This document shows, in pieces, positions 15,829-28,499 of a stretch of DNA of 64,000 bases. The DNA is from Octopus sinensis (Eukaryota): assembly GCF_006345805.1 (NCBI RefSeq), contig NC_043015.1, forward strand, positions 62,001 through 126,000, read 5' to 3'. Under the pieces are notes generated by a model. The model was not told the origin of the DNA. It was given only the letters and a program-made list of their open reading frames with translations, and did no database searches. Position 1 is the stretch's first letter. Each line of letters begins with the position of its first letter. The position numbers and the translations under genes are program-made.

Positions 15829-15859
<31 letters not shown>

Positions 15860-15959
15860 ATATATATGAAGAATTTCGTAGTGAAAAACCATATTTGTTG
15901 TTATTGATGCTATAGATAATTTTAGTCGTGGTGGCCATGCTGGTATCGCAGTTGTTGTT

Positions 15960-16046
15960 TATCGTCTTTCCACTTTTCATATTCTTCTTCTTCTTCTTCT
16001 TCTTCTTCATATTCTTCTTCTTCTTCTTCTTCTTCTTCTTCTTCTT

Positions 16047-16077
<31 letters not shown>

Positions 16078-16183
16078 TTGCTGTTTATTTTGCTGTTCTG
16101 GTTGTTAGAATCGTAGTCATCATCAACATCATCATCATCATCTTCATCATCATCCTCCCCATCATCATCATCATCATCACCAC

Positions 16184-16240
<57 letters not shown>

Positions 16241-16300
16241 TTTCATCATCATCGTTTTCATCATCATCATCATCATCATAATTATCATCATCATCATCGT
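15960..16300. repeat. (CTT)n followed by (CAT)n arrays
   Basis: Read directly. Confidence 0.95.
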
Positions 16301-16304
16301 CAAG

Positions 16305-16510
16305 TCGGTGAACTGGCAAAATATTTAGCGTGATGCAGTAATTGCTTCACGGCATTTCGTCCGACTTCGCGTTCTGGGTTGAAATTCCTCTGGGGTCGAA
16401 TTTGCTATTCAACATTTCGGGGTCGATAAATAATTACTGGTGTCGATTCAACTGACTATTCCCCTCCTCCAAAATTTCAGGCCTCGTGCCTATAGTAGAA
16501 GGGATTATGA
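16305..16510 (+). mobile_element. SINE, family A
   Basis: GGTGAACTGGCAAAA...GGGGTCGATAAATAA...AAAATTTCAGGCCTCGTGCCTATAGTAGAAGGGATTAT. Confidence 0.8.
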
Positions 16511-16914
16511 TCATCATCCTCATCAGCCTCATCAGCCTCCTCTTCATCATCATCATCATCATCATCAACATCATCATCATCATTAAAAGGAGGTGAGAGT
16601 GGAGAAGGATGTGCTACCTTCCAGCAAATTCTTTGAAAATAGGTGAATGCAACAAGGACGGTCAGAGTCAGCTCTAAGGATGTGACTATATGTTGAGGGT
16701 TGAGGAAGGAGCAGAAGACACTTCCTTTATGGGTCAGGGTGACCGTAACTTTACGACATTTTTATTTGCTGCCCTCAGAATTCTCCGTTTCTTTAAAGGA
16801 AATATTGTTACAATTTGCTTGTCATGTTGGTCTTCATTTTACACCCTGCAGTTATGCAACAGTATAATGCACAATTTCCACTATTTTAGAGCAGTGTTAG
16901 TGGGTAGATTTATT

Positions 16915-17112
16915 AACAAGCCGGATTAAATGCTTAGCGGCATTTCATCCGTCTTTGCGTTCTGCGTTCAAATTCCGCCGATGTCAACTTTGTCTTTTAT
17001 CCTTTCGGAGTCGATAATATAAATACCAGTAGAGTACTGGAATGGATGTAATCGATTGCTCCCGCCCCGCCACCAAATTTCAGGCCTTGTACCCGTAATA
17101 GAAAAGATTATT
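16915..17112 (+). mobile_element. SINE, family A (5' truncated)
   Basis: AAATGCTTAGCGGCATTTC...GTTCAAATTCCGCCG...AAATTTCAGGCCTTG...AAAGATTATT. Confidence 0.85.
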
Positions 17113-17184
17113 GTTTTCATTTATTTGTCACAAGGGCGAAAGATGAGGGGGGACGATAGAAAGACAAACATAAATTGTGGGTAC

Positions 17185-17320
17185 AGTCATCATGATCATC
17201 TTCACCGTCATCATCATCACCATCACCATCAACATCATCATCATCGTCATCATCATCAACACCATCATCATCATCATCATCGTCGTCGTCGTCATCATCA
17301 TTATTATCATCATCAGTTTC

Positions 17321-17352
<32 letters not shown>

Positions 17353-17361
17353 ATTCTTCTT

Positions 17362-17392
<31 letters not shown>

Positions 17393-17407
17393 TTATTATT
17401 ATTATTA

Positions 17408-17470
<63 letters not shown>

Positions 17471-17474
17471 CTTG

Positions 17475-17536
<62 letters not shown>

Positions 17537-17545
17537 CATTAACAA
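17185..17545. repeat. Serial (CAT)n-(CTT)n-(ATT)n array
   Basis: Read directly. Confidence 0.95.
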
Positions 17546-18084
17546 CTACAACGGCAAACTTTTGGACAGTGTAAAGTGAATTTATAAGAAAGACAACAAA
17601 ATTTAAGCTATTATAAAAGCGTCTTTTCACCAAACGAATGGATGAAGTCAATTTCCACATTGAGAAAGAGAGAAAATGCAATCATACAACTGTTCCCTAA
17701 CAATAAAGCGAAGTGGGAAAAGTAAGGTACTGCTCCCTTACTTTTCATAGTGGTACCTCTAGATTTAGAAAATATAGTTATAAGAAAATTCAAAAAGAAC
17801 TCGGGAAATTTTCGTCGATGGAACGTTGGGTTTACTAACCTTTTTTTTTATCTCAAAACAGGAACAAAGAATAAAAATGAGTGTCAAAAGTATAACAAAG
17901 AAAATAAACCAAAGAATTGGTCAAAGAATTCTCGAGGAAGATAAAAGAAAGACGAAAGTAAAGAAAAAGAAATTCAATGCCAAATAATAAAAAAAAAACA
18001 AGAAAAAAACCAGAAATGATGGTGATGATATGCATAAATACAATCGTGTGTATGTGTATGTATAATATATGTAACACATGACTT

Positions 18085-18200
18085 TGTGGTAGGAAACTTA
18101 CTTGCCGACGAGATGGTTCCAGGTTCAATCCCACTGCGTGATACATTCGGCAAGGGATCTTACTGTAGCCTCGGTCCGACTTGTGAGTAGATTTGGGAGA
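18085..18200 (+). mobile_element. SINE family B head fragment
   Basis: TGTGGTAGG...GGTTCCAGGTTCAATCCCACTGCGTG...TAGCCTCGG...TTGTGAGTAGATTTGG. Confidence 0.7.
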
Positions 18201-18399
18201 AAATAAGAGATAAAGTAACTCAAAGCTTCAGATGCACTGTCTTAAGTGACTAACAAAGGTAGATCGCGATTTCGGATTTTAATGTAGGACATCTTAATCC
18301 GCATTAACGCCTAGAGTTAAACTCGGCTACTTCTGTCAGTCTTATAAGAAAAACCGTTGATTTTTGAAAAGACAAAAGTGTAGGAAGCAAATTAAAAAT

Positions 18400-19366
18400 G
18401 GTGGCTTATTTGCAATAGAAACTAAGACAGTGCTTTTATAGCTTTGAGTTAGTTTATCTTTTATTTTTAGCAAAAGCGGTGCTAGTCAGTACCATCTATC
18501 AGTATTGTGACCTCTCTTAATTTTGCGTTAGGTTCTAATTGCTAATAAGCTTCCCTGTGTAAAAGGTTTGTAAAACCAGAAGATGAGTCAGAATTCGGGT
18601 CCCTTTAACTATGACCAAAGACTTAATGTTTTTTTAAAGAGTTCATCTTATAAATACTGTGCTGAATATTTTTAATCAAATGACAATAAGCGAGGGAAAC
18701 TTAAGAGCATCTTCTCTCAGGCTAGCGAATTTCATTTAAAAGATGTTTGTTCTATTCCTTAGTACGCGCATTGATCCACAGCATCTACAATCAGTAGCAT
18801 TAATGTCAAAGCTGGGGCATGGAGTCCCTGACAAGAAATAAGCATTTTTTTTTTTAATGGCTTCTACAATAGTATTTTTGGTAACTGCATTGAAGAAATC
18901 GAAGATCTCTTTAATGAACGTAATACAAAGACATTTGCAATAATACAAGCTTTGTTTACTGTTTCAGAAGCATTCTTAGAAGTTTCACATTTATCTCCTA
19001 TTTGTGAACTTGTAAATATAATCATTTTACTACAAATTAAGCGTTCCAAAACGTTACGCTTTTTAAATCATTACATTTAAGAAGTGGTCAGATATCTGTT
19101 TTTTTCCCCGAATACATTTAAGGCTATTTTTTTCAGGTATCTACAAACTTTGTCCTGAATCCTTCACATTCGCCGCAAGCAAAGCGTCTTTCGAGACATC
19201 TTTCCCAACACTGACTCATAAACTTTCATTCTATTTTTGCTCTTTGAAGCATCAACGATAGACTAATCTCATTATTTTGCTTTCATTGAAAGCTACAAGA
19301 AAAGACTAAATTTGAAAGTTTTTCAATATTTCTCTTCGAAGTCAAGAAGATTTCAATTCATTTAAA
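18400..19366 (+). pseudogene. Decayed hAT transposase, C-terminal part including the dimerisation domain
   Basis: 18862-19020 reads FYNSIFGNCIEEIEDLFNERNTKTFAIIQALFTVSEAFLEVSHLSPICEL. 19165-19366 reads TFAASKASFETSFPTL...SLKHQR*TNLIILL...FSSKSRRFQFI*, resembling the hAT pattern TFGASTA.CE.SFSTL...R..NL..L. The boundary upstream of 18860 is uncertain. Confidence 0.65.
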
Positions 19367-20049
19367 GTATTTCTGATAAATGGTATATCAGTATTACTTA
19401 TTACTTCTTAAATTGGTTTTCAATAATTTTATAAATTTCGTAGGCTAGATCTAATAATTTGTTCATATATTGATTAAAATCATTATTCTAAATGTTAAGT
19501 CCTAAAACGATAAATTTGACTAAACATTAATATACTATGATATACAAACATTCACAGTTGGCATTCTAATTCGCAATATATCAAAAGCGGACTATCAAAG
19601 TTCACCACAAATGTTATGGTGCCTTATGTGTTTGAATTTTATTTTGGAAAATTTCTTCAGATTTTTGTTTAGAATGGGTAACATATGATTCTCTAAAACA
19701 AACAAATTCACCCTTTCACCGTTTAAACTTAAACTTAAACGCTAAGTCTAACCCTAAATCTAGCTCTAAATCCTATCGCTATCCTAATCCTAAAACCTAG
19801 CATTAAAACTCAAACCGATAAATTCTAACCTCTAACATGTTACTACTTATTTGTATAATCAGAAACAGAGAAAAGTGGTCGGGGACGAAAATAAAAGAAA
19901 ATTAACACTTTTTATGCGTATTCATCAAATATGAAAAAAGTTAGAGCAGTTTGCGTGCGCTGAAACAGAGACGGGAACCAGTGATGTGGGAGCTTTAAAA
20001 ACGTGGAAATTTGGAAACAAATATCTTCTGGTAGATTCGTAGCCGATTT

Positions 20050-20440
20050 TTAAAGATAATATTTCAAGAATATGTCGTATGAAACTCTGCCTTGGAATTA
20101 TTGCGAATTACATCACCCAGAATATTCTGAAGTCCCCATCCGTTTGAGCAACAAATCCTCTCTCCGGTTGAGCCCTGATGTAGAAGCAGCAAAAGCTCTA
20201 TGGCTGGAACTGAGTTGAAAAATTCCCAACTGTTTTTACATTTGTGAAGAGCTCGGTACCGCACAGTCTTCATCAGAGAAGTAACGATATTTTGTTAATT
20301 TATAATTTTTTATTTTCTTTGGACAATTACACAGCGATTCAACAGGATTTCACCAAACAAGATGATTTAGAGTATCTTGTCATTATTCGCCTTTCCACTA
20401 TTCATTCCAATAATTTTAAAATCATTATTAAATGCTGAAG
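20050..20440 (+). pseudogene. Possible second hAT dimerisation-domain remnant
   Basis: Frameshifted reading LWLELS*K(FPTV)...LGTAQSSSEK*RYF...DLEYLVII, loosely like WW...FP.L...L....SS..ER.FS...LE.LV.I. Weak. Confidence 0.3.
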
Positions 20441-20819
20441 CTCATTCTTAACATCATTGTTTAAGAAAAATATTTCACTGAGTTGCGAATGAATATACAC
20501 TCATCTTCATTTTTGACAGGGTAATTACTTTTTTCTTTTCTTTGAGAGGAAACAGACACTACCACATAATGTAATGTATCTGAGTTTCATGTATTTTTTA
20601 ATATTTTTTTATGTTTTAATAAATGTTTCTACCACAATTTTATTGTCATATTTTCACTCTTCTTGTTACGTTTAAACAAATTTTGCACAACAAATTGTTT
20701 TCTTAATTCACATTTAAACAACGTTCCGAGACAGAATTGGAAGTATGTCCCCCAGTAAAATAAGTAGGAAGATTTTCTTGTTCGGGAAAAAAAAATATGA
20801 GGAAGCTAAACAAGTCAAG

Positions 20820-21725
20820 AAAAATATAAAAATTACATGAAAAAAATTGCACCGATTTCTTTCCTTAATTTAGTGTTGAAATTTATCCACTTGATGGAAA
20901 TGGATTTTAGAAATTTAAGACTTCTATCTTTACTCTGTGACTGAAAATGATCATCCAGCACATGGTCAATTATACATTATCTCTGCTAAGGAAGCTATAG
21001 TATACCAGTATGCCAAGATTTTAAATATCTGCTTAATATGATGAACACAACAAATTACAAATCGTTGTTTAACGGTTGAACTCGACATAGATAATTCTAT
21101 GAATAATTGCACGTAGAGATTATGTTGGAAGATTCCTTGTATGGAAAAAGTCGAAGACAGCTTAATGTACTGGAACCCACATCTGTAAGAATTGCTGATG
21201 TTCTTCGATTGTACCAACGTAATTCATAGAATGTCTACATCGATTTTAGAAGCTTTGTTCTTGCCAGCAAGAATTCTATGTTGCTTATGTCATGAGAAAC
21301 TCAAAATTTCAAGAGAGAGGAAATATAACGTTTTTAACGTTGGAACTCGTAGATAAATCTATAAATAATATCCTCCAAATATTGAGATGAAAATACATTG
21401 GATAGAAAAGTCGAAAGCTACTATTATTTATAATTTATCATCTTAAAGTTCCACGGTTAAACATGATTTATTTCATATCTCCCAAAGTTTCTAAATTTGC
21501 ATGACATAAAAAAATTTTTTTCACAATTTGATCTATGTAAAAATATGCGGTTAATTGAATTTCAAGAAGAGTCACTTGCTCTAAAATAAAATATATTTTC
21601 CGATAAATATAGACTGCACTTCATTAGAAGCACTGACATCAGTTGGTAAAATAATCCTACCAATACGAACCTGCTGTTGTGCACATTAGTCAAAATGGTC
21701 CCCGTCCAGGAAACATGGACATCGT

Positions 21726-21730
<5 letters not shown>
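20820..21730 (+). pseudogene. Decayed Helitron RepHel N-terminal fragment
   Basis: PLDGNGF*KFK, then ENDHPAHGQLYIISAKEA (20943-20996), then NNPT/YEPAVVHISQNGPRPGNMDIVI (21650-21730). These match, in order, the Helitron motifs PG.GPY.F, P..GQLYI.D..EA and YN.PT.NEVAVVF...DG.PP..RDIVI. Confidence 0.65.
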
Positions 21731-21756
<26 letters not shown>

Positions 21757-22025
21757 GTTTAACGTCCGTTTTCCGCGCTAGCACGGGCTGGACGGTTCGA
21801 CCGGGGTCTGGGAAGCCAGGGGCTGCACCAGGCTCCAGTCTGATCTGGCAGTGTTTCTACAGCTGGATGCCCTTCCTAACGCCAACTACTCCGCAAGTAT
21901 AGTGGGTGCTTTTTACGTACCACCTGCACAGGAGCCAGAGGGGTCTGGCATCGGCCACGATCGGTTGGTACTTTTTATGTGCCACCGACACAGAAGCCAG
22001 TCGAGGCGGTGCTGGCATCGGCCAT
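21727..22025 (-). mobile_element. 3' end of an RTE-type LINE or RTE-tailed SINE with a (GAT)n tail
   Basis: (CAT)n followed by CGTTTAACGTCCGTTTTCC.CGCTAGCACGGG.TGGACGG...CTGGATGCCCTTCCTAACGCCAAC; GC-rich block that truncates the Helitron fragment. Confidence 0.65.
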
Positions 22026-22329
22026 CGAATAAAATGTGTCACCCACAAAGAATTCGTATTTGTCTTCTCCTCTTAATCCAATGCAAAACACTCAACGGAA
22101 TGATTCAACTTGGTATGTCTCAATTAATTCGTACTAACTCCCTGACCCCATAATACCATTTTAATTGTAAGACATGAACCCGTTCTAATTTCAAATTTTT
22201 ATAGAAGTTTGTTCGATTGAAATGGAAGAAAAGAGAGATGCAAGTATATTGTGCAGGTTCCCCTGTTCACTGCACATACATATAAGGTAGAGGAGAGGCA
22301 CGTTGGATTGCGTAAGACACTCTGTCCTG

Positions 22330-22660
22330 TGCTTTTCTAATGACTGCTAGGCTTTCTTGATGTAGCACAGTGCAATGTTCTTCTTTTCTAAATTAGGCAT
22401 CACATTGTCTCTTCTTAAAATAAGGTGCTACAGGACAACACGTGAGAGATAATCTATGGCTACCATTTTCAGAGAGTCTCATTGAGAGGTGGGAGAAACA
22501 AAGGAAATTATTCAGAGACAGATCTAGTCTTAATATTTTCAAGGGAGAGGTTTCCACTAAAGACTCCCAAGAGCAAGGTGATAATTTTAAACCGGGTGAA
22601 TATGAAGTATCTATCCTACCTAAGTCCGAATTGGGTTTATCTCACAAGACATTGGTTGAC
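22330..22660 (-). pseudogene. Decayed Ty3/Gypsy-like integrase fragment
   Basis: Minus strand reads VETSPLKILRLDL, frameshift, then SPTSQ*DSLKMVAIDYLSR...HLILRR, resembling PF..IG.DL.GP.P.S..GN..I.VAIDYL.R...HIILRHG. Confidence 0.45.
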
Positions 22661-23465
22661 ACAGGTCTTTAGTAAAAGATGCTTCATAAGGTTCCATGCA
22701 GTGTGCTTGAAACAGGCACCATGCAATCACGAAGTGAATTCAACAAAAAGGAGAAAATATTGCACCCATTAAGATAGAAAACACGGGGAATATATGTTGG
22801 GAATGAATCAGGCTTATGCAGTGAGCCATTAATTTCATCTGAAGAAAATTACCTCGTTTGTTAAACAGATAATTATTTCTCCATATCAAATACTTTTGCG
22901 CATCGCTTACATCATAGTAACACCTTGCTTAATATTTGAGATGTACAAGCAATTATTGTTATATAATTGTTTGAGAGCCACCCTCATAGCAAGTTATAAA
23001 AGCCCGTTTAGCACGCCCACTGAACAATTTACATTCGATGTTACAACATACACAAACATTTGGCTATTATACAAAGAATAAGCAACCTGTAGAGGTAACT
23101 TATTGTTACCTTCATCATATGTATTTATATTTACGTAAACTGGATCATTGAAAGTGAAACACCTTTTTACACAAAGACACAATGCCGCACTGCATTCTAA
23201 CAATCTCACCATATTCTTAAGATAAAAGTTGAAGAACATTTTGAATTTACCTCGTTTCACAAACATGAAGGTTATGGTGTGAAAGGAATTCTATAATATG
23301 TGCAGGCATTATCTGCAAAATAGTTTTAGACATTTACAAGAATGCTAGCAGACAATTGCACACAGTGGGTGAAACGTTAAAACTCTTGACGCGCTTGTTT
23401 GAAAGCTGTAAATTCTGTCTGATATCGAGATAAGAAATATAATTATATATTCCATCGTACTCTCC

Positions 23466-23517
<52 letters not shown>

Positions 23518-24329
23518 TAATGTTTCGAAATTAATGCAAACATTATCAAGATATTAATTTATATCTAAATAATCAATTTTTCTACCTGCTTTGTAATTAT
23601 ATCGCTATCCACTGAAATCGTTTAGATTTAGAACGCTACACAAACACGCGCACACGTACGCACAAACACACACACACACACACACCACACACACACACAC
23701 TCATAGGCATATACATACAAACACAAATACAAACAAGTACACACACACATAAATACACATACTCATAAAGACACACGCATGCACTCTGTAAAAGAAAAAA
23801 AGAAAATGGAGGAAGTTATGTCTTTGCACAAGCAAACGTTTGGCATTAATTAGTCCCCTTGGTGAACTAAACTAAATTATAGAAGTTTTGGAATCAATAC
23901 TAAATACGATTTTGTTACCCATCATTCTCCTTGAACGATTGCAAACGTAATTCCATTAAAAATATATTAATTCTGTATCTACTATTCAATTATTAAGTTA
24001 TACAAATATTTGAATCTATGTCTATCTTTCTCTCCATCTCTTTCTCCCCCCCACTTCTCTCTTTATATGTGTGTGTAATTGCATGTACCTATGTGTGTGA
24101 ATGTGTGCTTGTGTGCTTTTGTGCATGTGTCTGTGGTGTCTGGAAACCTGTAAAATAGTGAAAGAATAATTTAAAATAGCATGATGTATATGAAGCTTTC
24201 TGGGGGCGGAAGCACACGTGTTAGAAATACGTTATAAAGCAAGATAGAATATAAAAAGGAAGACAAATGCTGAGCAAAAATAAAGGTTTGCTCTTTTCAT
24301 TTTTTACGACATGCTAGCTTTAAAAAAAT

Positions 24330-24376
24330 CTAGCGGTGATCTGGCAGAATCGTTAGCACACCGGATAAAATGCTTT
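24330..24376 (+). mobile_element. SINE family A head; its tail continues at 24917-25030 after the mariner insertion
   Basis: GGTGATCTGGCAGAATCGTTAGCACACCGGATAAAATGCTT; tail TTTCATCCCTTTC...GATAAAATAAGTA...GTAATCGACTT...AAAATTTGAAAGAATTA. Confidence 0.75.
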
Positions 24377-24914
24377 ATATTTTTAAAAGAAAAAGAAGGT
24401 CAATAAATACTTGCCATTACATTTTTAATCAACCAAATATGAAACATTTTGTTGCACAATGCGTCTCCATCATTCCTTTAATTTGAAAATACCCTCTTCC
24501 CAGAATTGAGGTGGTTTCATGGCAAAGAATTCATCAAGGTATCTTTTTACGTCATCCAAGGAATTGAAATTTTTACCATTAAGACTCTTCTACAGAGACC
24601 TGAATAAGTGGAAATCCGAAGGAGCAATATCTGGTGAATATAGAGGGTGGGGTAACACATCCCAGCCGAGCTGCAGCAATTTTTGTCTGGTTCCCAAAGC
24701 ATCAAGTGCGGAAAAACTTCCTTCTCTTCCATTTTAAATGGTTACAGAATTAACACAGGTTATAGGAACGTAAACCTTCTTCCTCAAAATGATAGCTTAA
24801 ACTGTGCTCTAAATGGAGGTGTAGTCAAATCTTATTTTATGGACTCAACCATGTTCTAAAATATGTCAAAAGATAAGCTACTATAAATCGGCACGAACTT
24901 TCCGGACATCCCAA
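24377..24914 (-). mobile_element. Internally deleted mariner, one TIR missing
   Basis: TIR ATCGGCACGAACTTTCCGGACATCCCAA followed by TA. The minus strand encodes GTRQKLLQLGWDVLPHPLYSPDIAPSDFHLFRSL, the mariner YSPDLAPSD motif. Confidence 0.9.
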
Positions 24915-25264
24915 TATTTCATCCCTTTCATGCTTGATAAAATAAGTATGGGTTGAACACAGAGGTCAATGTAATCGACTTGCGTTTCTCCCCAAATCTC
25001 TAGGCCTTTTCCCAAAATTTGAAAGAATTACATATAATTCACTATGTACGTTTCTAATTTATTAAATAAAGATATATATTCCCGTCGTTTCCTTTAGTAT
25101 TTCTGACTTAACTTTTCTTCCTTTCTTTACTCTTCTTATTCATTTGCTCTGCCTTCCATTTCTTTCTCCTATTCCGAAAATGTAATCCCAAGTTTTTGTT
25201 CTGTATTCAAGTCAACGCATATATGGCACAAATATTTTCATAAAATTTCTTAGATTTGTTAATC

Positions 25265-25457
25265 CCTTCTTCTTCTTCTTCTTCTTCTTCTTCTTCTTCT
25301 TCTTCTTCTTCTTCTTCTTCTTCTTCTTCTTCTTCTTCTTCTTCTTCTTCTTCTTCTTCCTTCTTCTTCTTCTTCTTCTTCTTTTCTTCTTCTTCTTCTT
25401 CTCTCTTCTTCTTCTTCTTCTTCTCCTTCTTCTCCTTCTCCTTCTCCTCCTCCTTCT

Positions 25458-25526
<69 letters not shown>

Positions 25527-25564
25527 ATTTGTGTATGTATGTGAGCGCGCGCACCTGTGAATGC

Positions 25565-25596
<32 letters not shown>

Positions 25597-25616
25597 TATA
25601 TATAATATATATATAC

Positions 25617-25647
<31 letters not shown>

Positions 25648-25700
25648 ATATATATATACATATATATGAATGTATTTCTATATATACATATATATATGAG
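25265..25700. repeat. (CTT)n-(CTAT)n-(TA)n compound microsatellite
   Basis: Read directly. Confidence 0.95.
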
Positions 25701-26934
25701 TGTATGTATGTGTATGTATATGCATGTACTCTGTACTTTCCATGTGACCTCACAGAAATCTAAAGGGAACGGCTTCAGTCTTAATGTTGAATCCTAAAAA
25801 AAAAATGAAATCGTAAAACATTGCAATACAAAAAGCTGCATATAAAACTCATCTAGCGTTGGCTAAATACCCCTGGAGTCCATTTAGTTTATCGCTTCAA
25901 TCAATGGATTTTATAACTCCATGCGTCGAATAAAAACTAAAGGGATATTACTTGTGTCTTTATATGTGTGATTGTGTATGTAAGGATATACGTATCTACT
26001 TTTGTGTTTTAATGTTTGTGTTCGTGTTAATGTTAATATAAGTTTGAAATGTGACCAAGTCCACTCCTCTACTGATTTTTCTGCACATTTCAAAATTACT
26101 TGAGTTAATTGAAGTTATCTCCCTTATTTGTCGAATTTTAATATTGTACATACTCCTTGAGGGAGTTTTATTTGATAAGTGCATGGATAATCGTAGCGAA
26201 TCGGCGATTTTTAGCTTACTGTAAATAAGTATGCGAGACGCTACCCTAGTTGGATTTAGTATGCAAAATGCTCCCTTCAGTTTTTTAGGGTTTTTTTGCG
26301 GTCTTTGGCCTTGTTGTCATAATTTTTGCATTAAAAGAGGGAGAAGAAGAAGAAAATGAATCAACAGTAGAAAGAAAGAAGAAACAAGAATAAGAGGAAA
26401 TGTCACAAAGGAATTTGGTAAGTAATGAAAGAAAGGAAGTGTGTGAAAACGATAGAGAAAAAATATTTTTTAAAGAATGTAATAAATAAATAAATAAAGT
26501 AAACAGAAAGAAAAAAAGGGTGAATGAATGAATGAAACCAGAACTAAAGAATGGCAGAAAGAAAGAATGAATGAAAGAAAGAATGGAAGACGTGGAATTG
26601 TAGCAGGGAAGATGGAAGGTTGCATGAGAATAATGAAGAAAACAATTTTTCCTTCTTCCTAGGCAATATCTCTTGGAGTGGAAAGTTTGTGCAATATGTT
26701 CGGCATAGAGAAAAGGAATGGTCGTATGTGAAAGGTTAAAGGTCAAGAAACATTATTAGTTCTAAATATGGTAGCAAGCCTCAGAGAAATCTCTCCATTA
26801 TCGTTTTAAAATAAATCTCAATAATGCTTACGCCGTTTCGTGATTAATTTGTATATTTCGGCAGAGAAATGAAAAAATTAATTAAAACGAATAAATACAA
26901 ATATCTCACAAGACACTGGAAATGTAGTTATTTA

Positions 26935-26999
<65 letters not shown>

Positions 27000-27070
27000 C
27001 ATCATTATTATTATTTTGTATTACGAATGGTTTAGTGTAGTGATGTAGTAATGTTACGGTTTGTGTTGTA

Positions 27071-27618
27071 TTGGGTTGTCCGGAAAGTTCGTGCAGATAT
27101 TTAAAGGAAAGAAAATGGTCAGTAAATACTTGCCATTGCATTTTTAATCAACCAAATATGAAACATTTTGTTGCACAATGCGTCTCCATCATTCCTGAAA
27201 ATACCCTCTTCCCAGAATTGAGGCGGTTTCATGGTAAAGAATTCATCGTTGCATCTTTTTTACGTAATCCAAGGAATTGAAATTTTTACCATTAAGACTC
27301 TTCTGCAGAGACCTGAATAAGTTAAAATCCGAGGGAGCAATATTTGGTGAATATGGAGGGTGGGGTAACACATCCCAGCGGAGCTGCAGCAATTTTTGTC
27401 TGGTTCCCAAAGCATCAGGTGCCAAAAATGAACTTTCTTATCTTCCATTTTAAATGTTTACAGGATTAACACAGGTTATAGGAACATAAATCTTCTTCCA
27501 CGAAAAGATAGCTTAAACCGTGCTCTAAATGGAGGTGTAGTCAAATCCTAATTTATGAACTCAACCATGTTCTAAAATAAGTGGATATAAATCGGCACGA
27601 ACTTTCCGGAAAACCCAA
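27071..27618 (-). mobile_element. Non-autonomous mariner (548 bp) with both TIRs and TA target duplication
   Basis: TA|TTGGGTTGTCCGGAAAGTTCGTGCAGAT ... ATCGGCACGAACTTTCCGGAAAACCCAA|TA. ORF 27243-27425 gives WDVLPHPPYSPNIAPSDFNLFRSLQKSL, the transposase C-terminus. Confidence 0.95.
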
Positions 27619-27666
27619 TAGATGATTGTAGATTTTGACCGAATCAGTAGACTACCGGATAAGAAC

Positions 27667-28320
27667 ATTTTCTTCTATAAGCATTAGGCCTGAAATTTGC
27701 AGGGAGGGATGTAGAGCATTACACCAAACCCAGTGCCCAGCTGTTATCTTTTTTACCGACTCCAAAACGATAAAAGACAAAGGCGGTCGTTGTGGTATAT
27801 GAACTGAGAACGTAAAGACGATTGAAATCCTGGAATGCATTTTACCCGGCGTACTTACGATTCGGCCAGTTTCTTTCCTTACTGCCGAATAATAATGGTT
27901 TCACATTTTGGCACAAAGCCAGCAAATTCGGTGGGTGGATAAATCAATTACATCGACTCTCATGCGCAAATGCTACGTATTTTATGGACCTCGAAAGTAC
28001 GAAAGCAAAGCGGGCACGGCGGAACTTGGATTCAGGACATGAAAAAGAATAAAATTATGCTAAGCATTTTGTCCGGCCTGCTTGCCCCCTTACTCACGGG
28101 TAATAACGATTTCAATTTTAGGTCGACAACCAGCAATTTCAGTGAAGGTACAAGGGTAAGTTGATTACATTGATCCCAGTGTTCAACTGATACTTATTTT
28201 GTTAACCCCGAAAGGATGAATGTCGATCTCGGCAGAATTTGAACTCAGAACGTACAGACGGATGAAAGGCCGCAAAGCATTTTGCCCAGCGTGCTAAAAA
28301 TTTTATCAGGTTGCCAACCT
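27667..28320 (-). mobile_element. Three tandem degenerate family A SINEs (27667-27875, 27895-28090, 28105-28320)
   Basis: Each shows the reverse-strand tail (AGGCC...AAATTT), the GAACTCAGAACG-like B-box region and AAGCATTT..CC.G. Confidence 0.75.
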
Positions 28321-28499
28321 TACAACCGGATAATAATTCTTGGCTATATATTACATTTCCCTTAAGGTTTCTGCTTAAAACCACGTTAGGGTATGCTACA
28401 ACCATCTTTTTTACCAAAGCTAGAATAATACTAACAAATCACAAACTAAAACTGCTTTAGTCGGCTATTTTTTGACATAAATTCTGTGACTTTGTGCTT

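Noticed and set aside
18736-18948. Minus-strand LLIVDAVDQC, resembling a NACHT Walker B motif
   Set aside because: It lies antisense to the better-supported hAT transposase fossil.
20064-20273. Minus-strand ICCSNG, resembling the Helitron CC..G motif
   Set aside because: Single short motif in the orientation opposite to the neighbouring Helitron fragment, with no supporting flanking motifs.
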